A stretch of DNA of 58,849 nucleotides from a bacterium (GCA_030647485.1 JAUSJT010000002.1:1-58849), one strand, 5' to 3'; shown: positions 43,212-52,094, numbered from the stretch's first letter. Made by a program: numbers and translations. Notes: a model not told the origin generated them from the sequence alone.

Positions 43212-45329
43212 TTATGTTGAGGGTTTTTCTTGAGCGTCTTTCAAAGATAAGTTGATTCTTCCCTGTTCGTCAATTTCAACTACTTTTACAGGGATAACAT
43301 CCCCTATTTTTACAATATCTGTTACTTTCTCCACCCTGCGATTGGCAAGCTTTGAAATGTGCACCAGCCCTTCTTGGCCTGGGAGCACTTCTACAAAAGC
43401 TCCAAACTCCATAATCCTCTTTACCTTGCCCTTGTATATTTCTCCTACTTTCACCTCTCTCACAAGTGCTTCAATTATTTCCAATGCGCGTTTTCCCTGG
43501 TCTTCTTTGTCTGCGGTGATAAAGACCTGACCGGTTTCTTCAATATCTATTTGGACGCCAGTTTCTTCAATAATTTTGTTAATGGTTTTCCCCCCGGGGC
43601 CTATTAAGAGTCCTATTTTTTCAGGGTTGATGTTGATGATGATAATGCGTGGAGCCCATGGAGAAAGCTGCGCTCTGGGCTTATCTAGCACCTTTGCAAT
43701 GACATCTTGCAGTATATGGTGGCGCGTATCCCTCGCAAGCGCCAGCGCCTCTTTGAATATCTTGCTGGTGATGCCCCGCAGTTTCACATCCATTTGTATT
43801 GCGGTGATTCCGTCTTTGGTCCCTGCAACCTTAAAGTCCATGTCTCCGTGGTGGTCTTCAGGGCCCTGGATGTCGCACAAAAGTTTGTAGTCCCCTTTGT
43901 CGTCTTGCATGAGGCCTATGGAAATACCTGCCACAGGATTCTTAATCGGAACTCCTGCGTCCATTAAAGCCAAGGAAGCGGAGCAGCACGAAGCCATAGA
44001 AGTTGATCCATTGGAAGACAGCACTTCCGTTACGATGCGAATAGTATAAGGGAATTTGTCTACTTCGGGGATGACAGGAAGCAATGCCTTTTCAGCCAAA
44101 ATACCATGTCCTATATCTCTTCTCCCCGGGCCGCGCAAGGGCTTTACTTCTCCTGGAGCGTACGGAGGAAAATTGTAGTGATGCATGAAACGCTTCTTTC
44201 CCGAGAACTCCATGCCCTCCATAAGTTTTTGGTCTCCTGGAGCTCCAAGGGTAAGTATAGAAAGTGTCTTGGTCTGGCCTCGTAAAAATAGCCCTGTCCC
44301 GTGGGTGCGAGGCAGAATGCCCACTCTTCCTTCAAGCTCGCGTATCTCGTCCAGTTTTCTATCGTCTACCCGCTTACCCTCTTTAAGGGCTGCTTCGTGT
44401 ACAACTCGATTCACCTCTTCCTCAAAAAAGTCTTTTGCATACCTGCTTTTGTCTTCAGCGGGGTATTGCTCTTGCAAGAACGCAAGCAGTTCTGTTTGCA
44501 CGTCGTTTACCTTGCCCATTCTTGTTTTTCTATCTCCCTCAAAGAGCGCCTGTTCTAGCTTCTTTCCTAGAAACTCTTTTATAACGCGCTCTAGTTCTTC
44601 GTCTCTGGGAGTTTCTTTTGGGTCTACCTTTTCTTTGCCAAACTTCTTTGCGATTTCTTCTTGCGCATCAATCATTTGTGAAAGAAACGGTTTTGCAAAC
44701 TCCAGTGCTTGTTCAAACACGTCTTCTGCAACTTCCTGCCCTTCTGCCTCTATCATATTCAAAAGAATCTCTCCTTTTTCCTTTACTCCGGCTAGCACAA
44801 AATCAACAGGGCTCTGCTTTCTCTGCTCATACGTAGGATTCACCACGAACGCATCTTGGATCTTTGCTATGCGCACAGCTCCCACAGGCCCTTGCCAGGG
44901 GATGTCAGAAACAGAGAGCGAAAGCGAAGCTCCCAGAAGCCCTAGCACGTCAGAGTCGTTCTCTGCATCCCAGGAAAGGCAGGTTACAATAACCTGGACT
45001 TCTTTGCGGAACCCCTTGGGGAACAAGGGACGAATGGCGCGGTCAATAAGGCGAGCCGTAATAATAGCTTCGTCTGCGGGTCTTCCCTCTCTCCGTACGA
45101 ATCTGGAGCCCAGGATTTTCCCTGCGGCATAGAACCGTTCCTCGTAATCCACTGTAAGAGGAAAGAACCCCTGATTTGCAAACGCAGAAGATGCCGCAAC
45201 CGCAGTGACAAGAATGACAGTATCTCCCTGGCGGACTAAAACACTCCCGTTTGCCTGTTCTGCAAGATCGGTAAGTTCAAGCGATATTGTTTTGTCTTGG
45301 AGTTTTATTGTATGAGGCTGAGCGGCCAT
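43212..45329 (-). CDS. pnp: Polyribonucleotide nucleotidyltransferase
   Basis: FFPLTVDYEER, RLIDRAIRPLFP, FMHHYNFPP, SNGSTSMAS, GDMDFKVAG, KH and S1 domains. Confidence 0.98.
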   Translation of the reverse strand: MAAQPHTIKLQDKTISLELTDLAEQANGSVLVRQGDTVILVTAVAASSAFANQGFFPLTVDYEERFYAAGKILGSRFVRREGRPADEAIITARLIDRAIRPLFPKGFRKEVQVIVTCLSWDAENDSDVLGLLGASLSLSVSDIPWQGPVGAVRIAKIQDAFVVNPTYEQRKQSPVDFVLAGVKEKGEILLNMIEAEGQEVAEDVFEQALEFAKPFLSQMIDAQEEIAKKFGKEKVDPKETPRDEELERVIKEFLGKKLEQALFEGDRKTRMGKVNDVQTELLAFLQEQYPAEDKSRYAKDFFEEEVNRVVHEAALKEGKRVDDRKLDEIRELEGRVGILPRTHGTGLFLRGQTKTLSILTLGAPGDQKLMEGMEFSGKKRFMHHYNFPPYAPGEVKPLRGPGRRDIGHGILAEKALLPVIPEVDKFPYTIRIVTEVLSSNGSTSMASCCSASLALMDAGVPIKNPVAGISIGLMQDDKGDYKLLCDIQGPEDHHGDMDFKVAGTKDGITAIQMDVKLRGITSKIFKEALALARDTRHHILQDVIAKVLDKPRAQLSPWAPRIIIININPEKIGLLIGPGGKTINKIIEETGVQIDIEETGQVFITADKEDQGKRALEIIEALVREVKVGEIYKGKVKRIMEFGAFVEVLPGQEGLVHISKLANRRVEKVTDIVKIGDVIPVKVVEIDEQGRINLSLKDAQEKPST

Positions 45330-45835
45330 TTCGGTTTTCTTAGTAAGTATTTCTCTACGGATTCTTCCAAATCAATGAATTCGTCTGCAACCTCGCGAAG
45401 CTTGGAAGACGTGGACTTCCCGAATGCGATGACTTCCACTCGCTTTCCATGATTTTGCAGGTATTCAACAAGAGGCACATAATCTCCGTCTCCTGAAACG
45501 AGAACAATGGCATCTACGCCAGATGATGTTTTAATAGCATCCACTGCTATGCCCACGTCCCAGTCGGCTTTCTTTATCCCCCCGTAGTACTCCTGGAGGT
45601 CTTTGACCCGAGTTTCAATGCCAAGGTTAATGAGTGCGTCAAAAAAAGGTTTTTCTTCCCCTGTCTTGGTGCGCACCACGTATGCGAACGCGCGGATGAG
45701 CTTTCTGCCCGCAACCGCGGTCTTTAATACTTCTTTGAAATTGACCCTGGCCTGGTAGATGTTTTTTGCAGAATGATAGAGATTCTGCACATCAATAAAG
45801 ATGGCAACTTCCTGGTCCTTATTTTTAAGACTCAT
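45305..45835 (-). CDS. NYN (LabA/DUF88) PIN-like domain protein
   Basis: IFIDVQNL, KADWDVGIAVD, LVSGDGDYVPLV, GKRVEV, ADEFIDL. Confidence 0.9.
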   Translation of the reverse strand: MSLKNKDQEVAIFIDVQNLYHSAKNIYQARVNFKEVLKTAVAGRKLIRAFAYVVRTKTGEEKPFFDALINLGIETRVKDLQEYYGGIKKADWDVGIAVDAIKTSSGVDAIVLVSGDGDYVPLVEYLQNHGKRVEVIAFGKSTSSKLREVADEFIDLEESVEKYLLRKPKWPLSLIQ

Positions 45836-45841
45836 TGGTGA

Positions 45842-46108
45842 TTATTTCTTCAACCCGCTTTTCTTTATAAACGCATTGTACTGCCTGGGGCTTTCCTCTT
45901 TCAGATATGCCAGCAGGGTTCTGCGCCTGGCAACCTGCCTCAAGAGCCCCCTCTTTGAGGAAAAATCTTTAGGGAATTTCTTTAAATGCAAGAGCAGTTT
46001 TCGTATCTGCTCTGAAAGCAGCGCTATTTGCACCTCGGCAGACCCTGTGTCTGCAGGGTTTATTTTAAATTCGTCTATAAACTTGGTTTTCTCCTTTGGA
46101 GTAAGCAT
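45842..46108 (-). CDS. rpsO: 30S ribosomal protein S15
   Basis: DTGSAEVQIALL, HLK..PKDFSSKRGLL..V.RRRTLL.YL. Confidence 0.96.
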   Translation of the reverse strand: MLTPKEKTKFIDEFKINPADTGSAEVQIALLSEQIRKLLLHLKKFPKDFSSKRGLLRQVARRRTLLAYLKEESPRQYNAFIKKSGLKK

Positions 46109-46247
46109 ATTCCTTCTGTATCATAAAAAACAAAAAAACGCAAGTAAGCGTTTTCTGGTGGGACGTAAGAACGTAACATTTGCTTCGCAAATTGTACGTT
46201 CAACGTTCCAACAGCGTTTAAATTTTCTTTGAAAATTTATTACGCTG

Positions 46248-46321
46248 TGCCCCCGTCGAGATTCGAACTCGAAACCTTATCCTTAAGAGGGATCTGCTCT
46301 AGCCAGTTGAGCTACGGGGGC
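46248..46321 (-). tRNA. tRNA-Lys(CTT)
   Basis: GCCCCCG..CGGGGGC-A, anticodon loop CTCTTAA, T-loop TTCGAAT; CCA not encoded. Confidence 0.92.
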
Positions 46322-46322
46322 G

Positions 46323-46439
46323 AAAAGCAAACTGCTTTGCTTTTTGCGGATTTGCGCCACTCGTCTCAGGCGAGCGAATAATGCAAATCCCGGGCCTGTT
46401 TTAGAAAACTGTGGCACGCAAATCGTTTTCTAAAACAGG
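46323..46439. repeat. Three consecutive hairpins between tRNA-Lys and the pilin gene
   Basis: AAAAGCAAA-CTGC-TTTGCTTTT; GGATTTGC..GCAAATCC; CCTGTTTTAGAAAAC..GTTTTCTAAAACAGG. Confidence 0.75.
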
Positions 46440-46449
46440 TACATTCTTG

Positions 46450-46911
46450 TTAAGGTCCGCACTTAATGTTCCACCACTCTCCAAGGCCCGTCCATGGTGC
46501 GACCCCAAGGAATGAAAGTATGGACATCACCATTACCCAGGCAATATATACCACAAGAAGGCCTATAACAACAGCGGTGATAATGTCTTTCCCCGTCTTT
46601 TGGCGTTCTGGCTGTCCTGCAGCGATAAGAATATAGAAACCTCCAACCAAGATAAGGAGAGTTGCTATTAATGGAACAACGGCAACCCCATTATTTACGG
46701 AAGGAGAGGGTACCAGGAAGAATATAATAATGTTGTTGATGAGCTTAAAGATGTCGCAGAATCCGCACGCCTCCTTATTATCTATCTTCCCATCTATTGG
46801 CTGGCCATTACTTCCATCAATTCCGCATTGGACAATTCCCGCATCAGCAGTCAAAGGCACAACAGAAAAAAGCAGGAAGAGTACGGTGAGTATAGGGATG
46901 ATTTTTCTCAT
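46450..46911 (-). CDS. CPR-type (VirB2/TrbC-like) pilin
   Basis: Signal peptide, GIVQCG..CGFCDIFKLINNII, GGFYILIAAGQPE..GKDIITAVVIGLLVVY. Confidence 0.75.
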   Translation of the reverse strand: MRKIIPILTVLFLLFSVVPLTADAGIVQCGIDGSNGQPIDGKIDNKEACGFCDIFKLINNIIIFFLVPSPSVNNGVAVVPLIATLLILVGGFYILIAAGQPERQKTGKDIITAVVIGLLVVYIAWVMVMSILSFLGVAPWTGLGEWWNIKCGP

Positions 46912-46931
46912 GTGTTTAGCATATCATATTT

Positions 46932-47006
46932 TGGTGTCCCCGGGAGGATTCGAACCCCCACTAACAGATTCGAAGTCTGTCGTGATATCCGTTTCACTAC
47001 GGGGAC
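46932..47006 (-). tRNA. tRNA-Arg(TCG)
   Basis: GTCCCCG..CGGGGAC-A-CCA, anticodon loop CTTCGAA, A20 in the D-loop. Confidence 0.88.
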
Positions 47007-47068
47007 GCGCGCTTCAATCCTATCTTATTTCATTGAAAAATTCAATGATTTCACCTAGTATGGAGGTT

Positions 47069-48547
47069 ATGAAAGGAAGCATTCCCAAAGAGGTAAAATC
47101 AGTGGTTGCAGAACTTGAAAAACAGGGTTTTGAGGCATATATCGTGGGAGGATGCGTAAGAGATATGTTTTTGGGCAGGGAACCTCAAGACTGGGATGTT
47201 GCAACCTCTGCTACCCCAGAAGAGGTTCAGAAAGTATTCCCAGATAATTTTTATGAGAATAAGTTCTTCACGGTTACGGTGCGCACGCAAGCTTCAGACC
47301 CCAAACTTAAAGAGATAGAGGTGACGAGTTACCGGTCTGACTTAAGATACGGAGACCGAAGACATCCTGAAGAAGTGCAGTATGCAAAAACCGTTGAGGA
47401 AGATCTTGCGAGGCGAGATTTCACGGTAAATGCGATTGCCCTTGGGATAGGGAAACCAGGTTTCCCAAGGAAACCTGGTTTCCAAATCCTAGATCCTTTT
47501 GGCGGAAGAGAAGACCTAAAAGCCAAGCTCATCCGGGCAGTAGGAACCCCAGATGAGCGATTTCAAGAAGACGCACTGCGCATGATGCGGGGTGTGAGGT
47601 TTTGCGCAACTCTTGGATTCGCGCTTGAGCCAGAAACACGCAAAGCCATTGCAAAGAACGTGTCCCTTCTTAAAGAAATTTCGCAAGAGCGCATACGGGA
47701 CGAGTTTGCAAAAATCATCATGGCAGAGAAAGCAGGGGAGGGCGTAGAGACGCTGCGGGAGCTCGGGCTTTTAGAATTCATTATCCCAGAGCTTGTTGAG
47801 GGATACGGCGTGACCCAGAACAAACACCATATCTACACCGTATGGGAACATAATCTTTTATCGTTAGAGTACGCGGTAAAGCAAAAATGGAGTTTTGAGA
47901 TACGTTTGGCTTCCCTCTTGCATGACGTTGGCAAACCTAGAGTAAAGAAGGGAGAAGGCAAAGATTCAACGTTCTATGGACATGAGGTTGTGGGTTCTCG
48001 TCTGGCCAAGCAGATTCTTTCACGCCTGAAGTTTCCCCAAAAAACCATTGAGAAAATAGTTACCCTAGTGCGTTATCACCTGTTTTATTACAACGTGGGA
48101 GAAGTGACAGAAGCTTCCATACGTCGGCTTGTGAAGAACGTAGGACCAGAAAACACAGAAGAGCTGCTGCAGGTTCGCATGGCAGACCGCATTGGGTCTG
48201 GCGTCCCCAAGGCAGAACCCTACAAGTTGCGTCATTTGAGGTATTTGATTGACAAAGTGTCTCAAGATCCAATTTCTGCAAAGATGCTCAAGGTGAAAGG
48301 AGATGACGTTATGAGCATACTTGGCATTACGCCTGGCCCCAGGATAGGATGGATTCTTGACGCGCTCTTGGCCGCTGTGTTGGAAGATCCAAAGAAGAAC
48401 GAGAAGGATATCCTTACTCAATATGTGAAAGAGTTAGGGGGCTTGCCAGAAGAGAAGCTTCGTGCGATATCAAAGAAGGCGGAGCAGGAGCGCGAGAATG
48501 TCGAAATGAAAAGAGATGAAATGACAAAAGAGAAGTATTGGGTTTGA
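47069..48547 (+). CDS. cca: CCA-adding tRNA nucleotidyltransferase with HD domain
   Basis: VGGCVRD, DWDVAT, EVTSYR, EDLARRDFTVNA, EDALRMMR, SQERIRDE, LLHDVGKP. The track's start at 46730 is an over-extension. Confidence 0.92.
   Translation: MKGSIPKEVKSVVAELEKQGFEAYIVGGCVRDMFLGREPQDWDVATSATPEEVQKVFPDNFYENKFFTVTVRTQASDPKLKEIEVTSYRSDLRYGDRRHPEEVQYAKTVEEDLARRDFTVNAIALGIGKPGFPRKPGFQILDPFGGREDLKAKLIRAVGTPDERFQEDALRMMRGVRFCATLGFALEPETRKAIAKNVSLLKEISQERIRDEFAKIIMAEKAGEGVETLRELGLLEFIIPELVEGYGVTQNKHHIYTVWEHNLLSLEYAVKQKWSFEIRLASLLHDVGKPRVKKGEGKDSTFYGHEVVGSRLAKQILSRLKFPQKTIEKIVTLVRYHLFYYNVGEVTEASIRRLVKNVGPENTEELLQVRMADRIGSGVPKAEPYKLRHLRYLIDKVSQDPISAKMLKVKGDDVMSILGITPGPRIGWILDALLAAVLEDPKKNEKDILTQYVKELGGLPEEKLRAISKKAEQERENVEMKRDEMTKEKYWV
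47451..47483. repeat. 33-bp in-frame double palindrome inside cca
   Basis: GGAAACCAGGTTTCC-CAA-GGAAACCTGGTTTCC; encodes about GKPGFPRKPGF. Confidence 0.88.
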
Positions 48548-48568
48548 AACCAACTGCTTGGTTTCAAA
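48543..48568. repeat. Hairpin overlapping the cca stop
   Basis: TTTGAAACCAA-CTGC-TTGGTTTCAAA. Confidence 0.7.
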
Positions 48569-48644
48569 GGGCATTTTAGCGAGCAGTCCCTGCGAGCGTT
48601 AAGAAATGCCCCGGGGTTCGCCGGAGGCGAACTACACTATACCT

Positions 48645-49223
48645 ATGGATTATACATCAAGGCTGTATGCATTTTTACAACCGGTAGACCCTACCTATGT
48701 GCAGAGGGTGAAGAAATATCTTGATCCCCAGCCCCAAGACAAAATACTGGAAATAGGGTGCGGTCGCGGATACACGACCAAGAGGGTTCAGTACATCACA
48801 CCTCAGACATTTGGCATTGATCTTAACGCCAAAGCAATACAAAACGGAGTGGCCCAGAATCTGCAGGTCATGGATGCCGAAGCCCTTGAGTTTTCAGACA
48901 ATACCTTTGACAAGATCTACTCCTTTCACACCGTTGAGCATATCCCGAATATTGCCAAAGCCTTTCGCGAAATGGTTCGTGTGTTAAAGCCAAGAGGTAA
49001 GATAATGCTTGTGTATCCCGCAGAGCCCATACGAGGTATGTTCGCAATGTTTGCAGCCGCAGTTCTCCTAAAAAATCCATTCCGTGCGCGAGAAATTCAT
49101 ATGCATAAATTGTCCCCTGCGATTATACAACGGCTGATCTCTGGATTTGGACTTGAACATGTGCAGAGCTCTTTTTCACTCTGGCTTCCTGAGTTTCGCA
49201 CCATATTGCAAAAAAGAATATAG
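48645..49223 (+). CDS. Class I SAM-dependent methyltransferase
   Basis: ILEIGCGRG, GIDLN, MDAEALEFSDNTFD, EHIP, RVLKPRG. Confidence 0.9.
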   Translation: MDYTSRLYAFLQPVDPTYVQRVKKYLDPQPQDKILEIGCGRGYTTKRVQYITPQTFGIDLNAKAIQNGVAQNLQVMDAEALEFSDNTFDKIYSFHTVEHIPNIAKAFREMVRVLKPRGKIMLVYPAEPIRGMFAMFAAAVLLKNPFRAREIHMHKLSPAIIQRLISGFGLEHVQSSFSLWLPEFRTILQKRI

Positions 49224-49231
49224 TAAAGTTT

Positions 49232-49304
49232 CGGGGTGTAGCCTAGTAGCCAAGGCGCCGGCTTCGGGAGTCGGAGATCAGAGGTGCAAATCCTCTCACC
49301 CCGA
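49232..49304 (+). tRNA. tRNA-Pro(CGG)
   Basis: CGGGGTG..CACCCCG-A, anticodon loop TTCGGGA, T-loop TGCAAAT. Confidence 0.92.
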
Positions 49305-49332
49305 CAAACAATTTTTCAACAGAAAAATTGCA

Positions 49333-49410
49333 AATCACCCCGTGGTGGAAAAATAGGAGCGAAGCGACGTAAGAAACCGAAGGTGTCTTAAGCCAGGGGT
49401 CGGGGTGATT
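49333..49410 (+). repeat. 78-bp inverted-repeat element, copy 2 (4 nt upstream of tRNA-Ala)
   Basis: CAAATCACCCCG / CGGGGTGATTTG perfect 12-bp IR; 75/78 to copy 1. Confidence 0.9.
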
Positions 49411-49414
49411 TGAT

Positions 49415-49485
49415 GGGCCCATAGTAAAACGGCATTACGCAGCATTCGCATTGCTGAGGTCCGGGTTCAATTCCCGGTGGGTCCA
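49415..49485 (+). tRNA. tRNA-Ala(CGC)
   Basis: GGGCCCA..TGGGTCC-A with G3:U70, anticodon loop TTCGCAT; CCA not encoded. Confidence 0.9.
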
Positions 49486-49492
49486 CCCAATA

Positions 49493-50212
49493 ATGATTTC
49501 TCCTATTGAATACAATGCGGCATGGTCCAAGACCTGTCTCCGCTCCCCAGAAATTTGGTACACGTGGAGGATTTTGGAATCCTATGTTAAAAAAGCAGAA
49601 AAACGATTGGAAATAGGGGCGGGAATGTTCCCCAAGTTCTCTGTGCAGGGCACCTATTTTCTTGATACGAGCTTGCACGCCATCAATGAGTTGAATAAGC
49701 GCGGAGGGAAAGGGGTTGTTAAGGGAGCTGAAGAGCAACTCCCCTTTCAGAAAGATTTCTTTGATCTTATAGGAGCGTTTGAGGTCTTAGAACATTTAAA
49801 AAGGCCAGGGCGTGCCATACGCGAGGTAGCGAAAACAATAAAACCAGGAGGCCTATTCATTCTCTCTGTTCCCATGAACCCCCAGTATTGGTCTCCCTGG
49901 GATGTGTTTGCAGGGCATGTGCAGAGATTTGAGCCAGCGCAGCTGAACGCTCTTCTTGAGAAAGAGGGCTTTGAAGTAAGACATTGCTATGTTGTTTGGA
50001 AGCTTGCTAAAAAGCGCGTATTCTCATGGTTTATGCGTTTGGCAGGATCTCTGCCCTTACACTTCCCCTTTTTTTTCTTTTTCCTGTATAACTACGCGGT
50101 TATTCCCTATACATGGTTTGGAAGAACGTTTTCTAAGTCCCGTCATTACTCCTCTCTCCTTGGCATTCCCCAGGATTCCACCTGTGCACTTGTCGTATGT
50201 GCAAAACGCTAG
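49493..50212 (+). CDS. Class I SAM-dependent methyltransferase (type 11-like)
   Basis: LEIGAG, AEEQLPFQKDFFD, FEVLEHL, IKPGG..LSVP, WDVFAGHVQRF. Confidence 0.88.
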   Translation: MISPIEYNAAWSKTCLRSPEIWYTWRILESYVKKAEKRLEIGAGMFPKFSVQGTYFLDTSLHAINELNKRGGKGVVKGAEEQLPFQKDFFDLIGAFEVLEHLKRPGRAIREVAKTIKPGGLFILSVPMNPQYWSPWDVFAGHVQRFEPAQLNALLEKEGFEVRHCYVVWKLAKKRVFSWFMRLAGSLPLHFPFFFFFLYNYAVIPYTWFGRTFSKSRHYSSLLGIPQDSTCALVVCAKR

Positions 50213-50303
50213 GACATTGACAAGGAACAGCATGTGTGCAAGAGTAAAAGCGGAAGAAGATGTCCGCGATGCGGGCATTCTTTTTACCCGCTAGAATAAC
50301 ATT

Positions 50304-51512
50304 ATGAGCATGGATTTTAAAAATCTTTCTCTCTTGCTAGACAGCATTGCAGAGGAAAAAGGGTTATCAAAAGAGCGCATCCTGGAGGCCGTGGAGCAGG
50401 CCTTGGCTGCAGCATACAAAAAAGAATACGGAACCCGAGGGCAGGTGGTGAAAGCGAAATTGAACCCCAAAAACGGGGAGGTTGAGTTTTGGTTAGTGAA
50501 ACTCGTCGTTGACGAGGACATGATTTATTCAGAAGAGGAATTGGGGAAGTTGAAGGATACTGTGATAATCCCAGAACAGGGAAAAGGAGAAGATGCAGCA
50601 GCCGAGGGCAAGAAGGTGCGTTTCCATGAAGAACGCCACATGATGCTGAAAGATGCAAAGAAGATAAATCCAAAGATAAAGACGGGAGAAGATCTTGAAA
50701 CAAAGTTAGAGTCAAAGACCGATTACGGCAGAATTGCCGCGCAAACCGCAAAGCAAGTCATACTCCAGAAAATACGGGAAGCAGAGCGAGAATCCATACT
50801 CTTAGAATTCAAATCAAAAGAGGGAAATTTGGTTTCAGGTATTGTACAAAGAATGGAAGGCGTGACCGTGTTTGTGGACTTGGGCAAAACTCTGGGAGTG
50901 CTGCCTAGAGAAGAGCAGGTTCCAGGAGAATTCTATCGATTGGGCCAGCGCCTCAAGTTTTACGTTATAAGCGTGGAAGATTCTACGCGCGGACCCCAGA
51001 TTCTCTTGTCTCGCGCATACCCCAAGTTTATCTCCAAGCTTTTTGAGCTTGAGGTTCCGGAGATCTCTGCAGGCTCCGTTGAAATCAAGGGATTGGCAAG
51101 AGAGCCGGGATCCAGGTCTAAAATAGCAGTGGAGTCGCATGCAGACGGCGTAGACCCGGTAGGATCCATGGTTGGGCAGCGAGGCACCAGGGTCTCTGCG
51201 GTTATTAACGAGTTGGGAGGAGAAAAGATTGATATTATTGAATGGGCAGAAGATCAAGAGCAGTATGTAGCCAATGCGCTGTCTCCAGCCAAGGTGTTGG
51301 AGGTGAAGGCTTTAGACAAGAATAGGGCCATTGCCATTGTTCCTGAAGACCAGCTCTCCCTTGCAATAGGTAGGGAAGGTCAGAATGTAAGGTTAGCTGC
51401 AAAGCTTACCGGGTGGAAAATAGACGTGAGAAGTCCGGAGAATAAAGATGTTGAGGTAGAAGAAAAGGAGTCTGGACAGGAAGAAGAAAAAACTGATACA
51501 ATAGCATCATGA
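50304..51512 (+). CDS. nusA: Transcription factor NusA
   Basis: [13 protein letters not shown]1, [54 protein letters not shown]. Confidence 0.98.
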   Translation: MSMDFKNLSLLLDSIAEEKGLSKERILEAVEQALAAAYKKEYGTRGQVVKAKLNPKNGEVEFWLVKLVVDEDMIYSEEELGKLKDTVIIPEQGKGEDAAAEGKKVRFHEERHMMLKDAKKINPKIKTGEDLETKLESKTDYGRIAAQTAKQVILQKIREAERESILLEFKSKEGNLVSGIVQRMEGVTVFVDLGKTLGVLPREEQVPGEFYRLGQRLKFYVISVEDSTRGPQILLSRAYPKFISKLFELEVPEISAGSVEIKGLAREPGSRSKIAVESHADGVDPVGSMVGQRGTRVSAVINELGGEKIDIIEWAEDQEQYVANALSPAKVLEVKALDKNRAIAIVPEDQLSLAIGREGQNVRLAAKLTGWKIDVRSPENKDVEVEEKESGQEEEKTDTIAS

Positions 51513-52093
51513 ACCTGATCCCTACGGTTATAGAAAAGAGCCAGTACGGAGAGCGGGCATATGACATCTATTCCCGCCTATTGAAAGACCGTATTATTTT
51601 CTTGGGAGGCGCGGTGAACGATATGGTTGCAAATTCCATCATTGCCCAAATGTTGTTCTTGGCGTCCAAAGACCCGGCAAAACCCATTCAGTTTTACATC
51701 AACACCCCGGGAGGAATGGTTACCTCGGGCCTGGCCATTTATGACACCATGCAGTATATGAAGTGCCCGGTGTCTACAGTGTGCGTGGGCATGGCAGCTT
51801 CCATGGGAGCAGTTCTACTTGCCGCAGGCGCAAAGGGAAAGCGCTTTGCGCTCCCCAATAGCCAGATTATGATTCACCAGCCTATGGGAGGGGCGCAGGG
51901 TCAGGCCAGTGAAATTGAGATTACCGCAAAGCAGATAGTGAAATTAAGAGAGCAGATGAATGGCATTCTTGCAAAGCATACTGGCCAGCCCCTGGAGGTT
52001 ATCTCAAAAGACACTGATCGTGACTTTTACCTCACCGCAGAAGAGGCAAAGACGTACGGTATCATTGATGAGGTGCTTGGGTCCAAGCCCTAA
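51509..52093 (+). CDS. clpP: ATP-dependent Clp protease proteolytic subunit
   Basis: [39 protein letters not shown]. Confidence 0.98.
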   Translation: MNLIPTVIEKSQYGERAYDIYSRLLKDRIIFLGGAVNDMVANSIIAQMLFLASKDPAKPIQFYINTPGGMVTSGLAIYDTMQYMKCPVSTVCVGMAASMGAVLLAAGAKGKRFALPNSQIMIHQPMGGAQGQASEIEITAKQIVKLREQMNGILAKHTGQPLEVISKDTDRDFYLTAEEAKTYGIIDEVLGSKP

Positions 52094-52094
52094 T

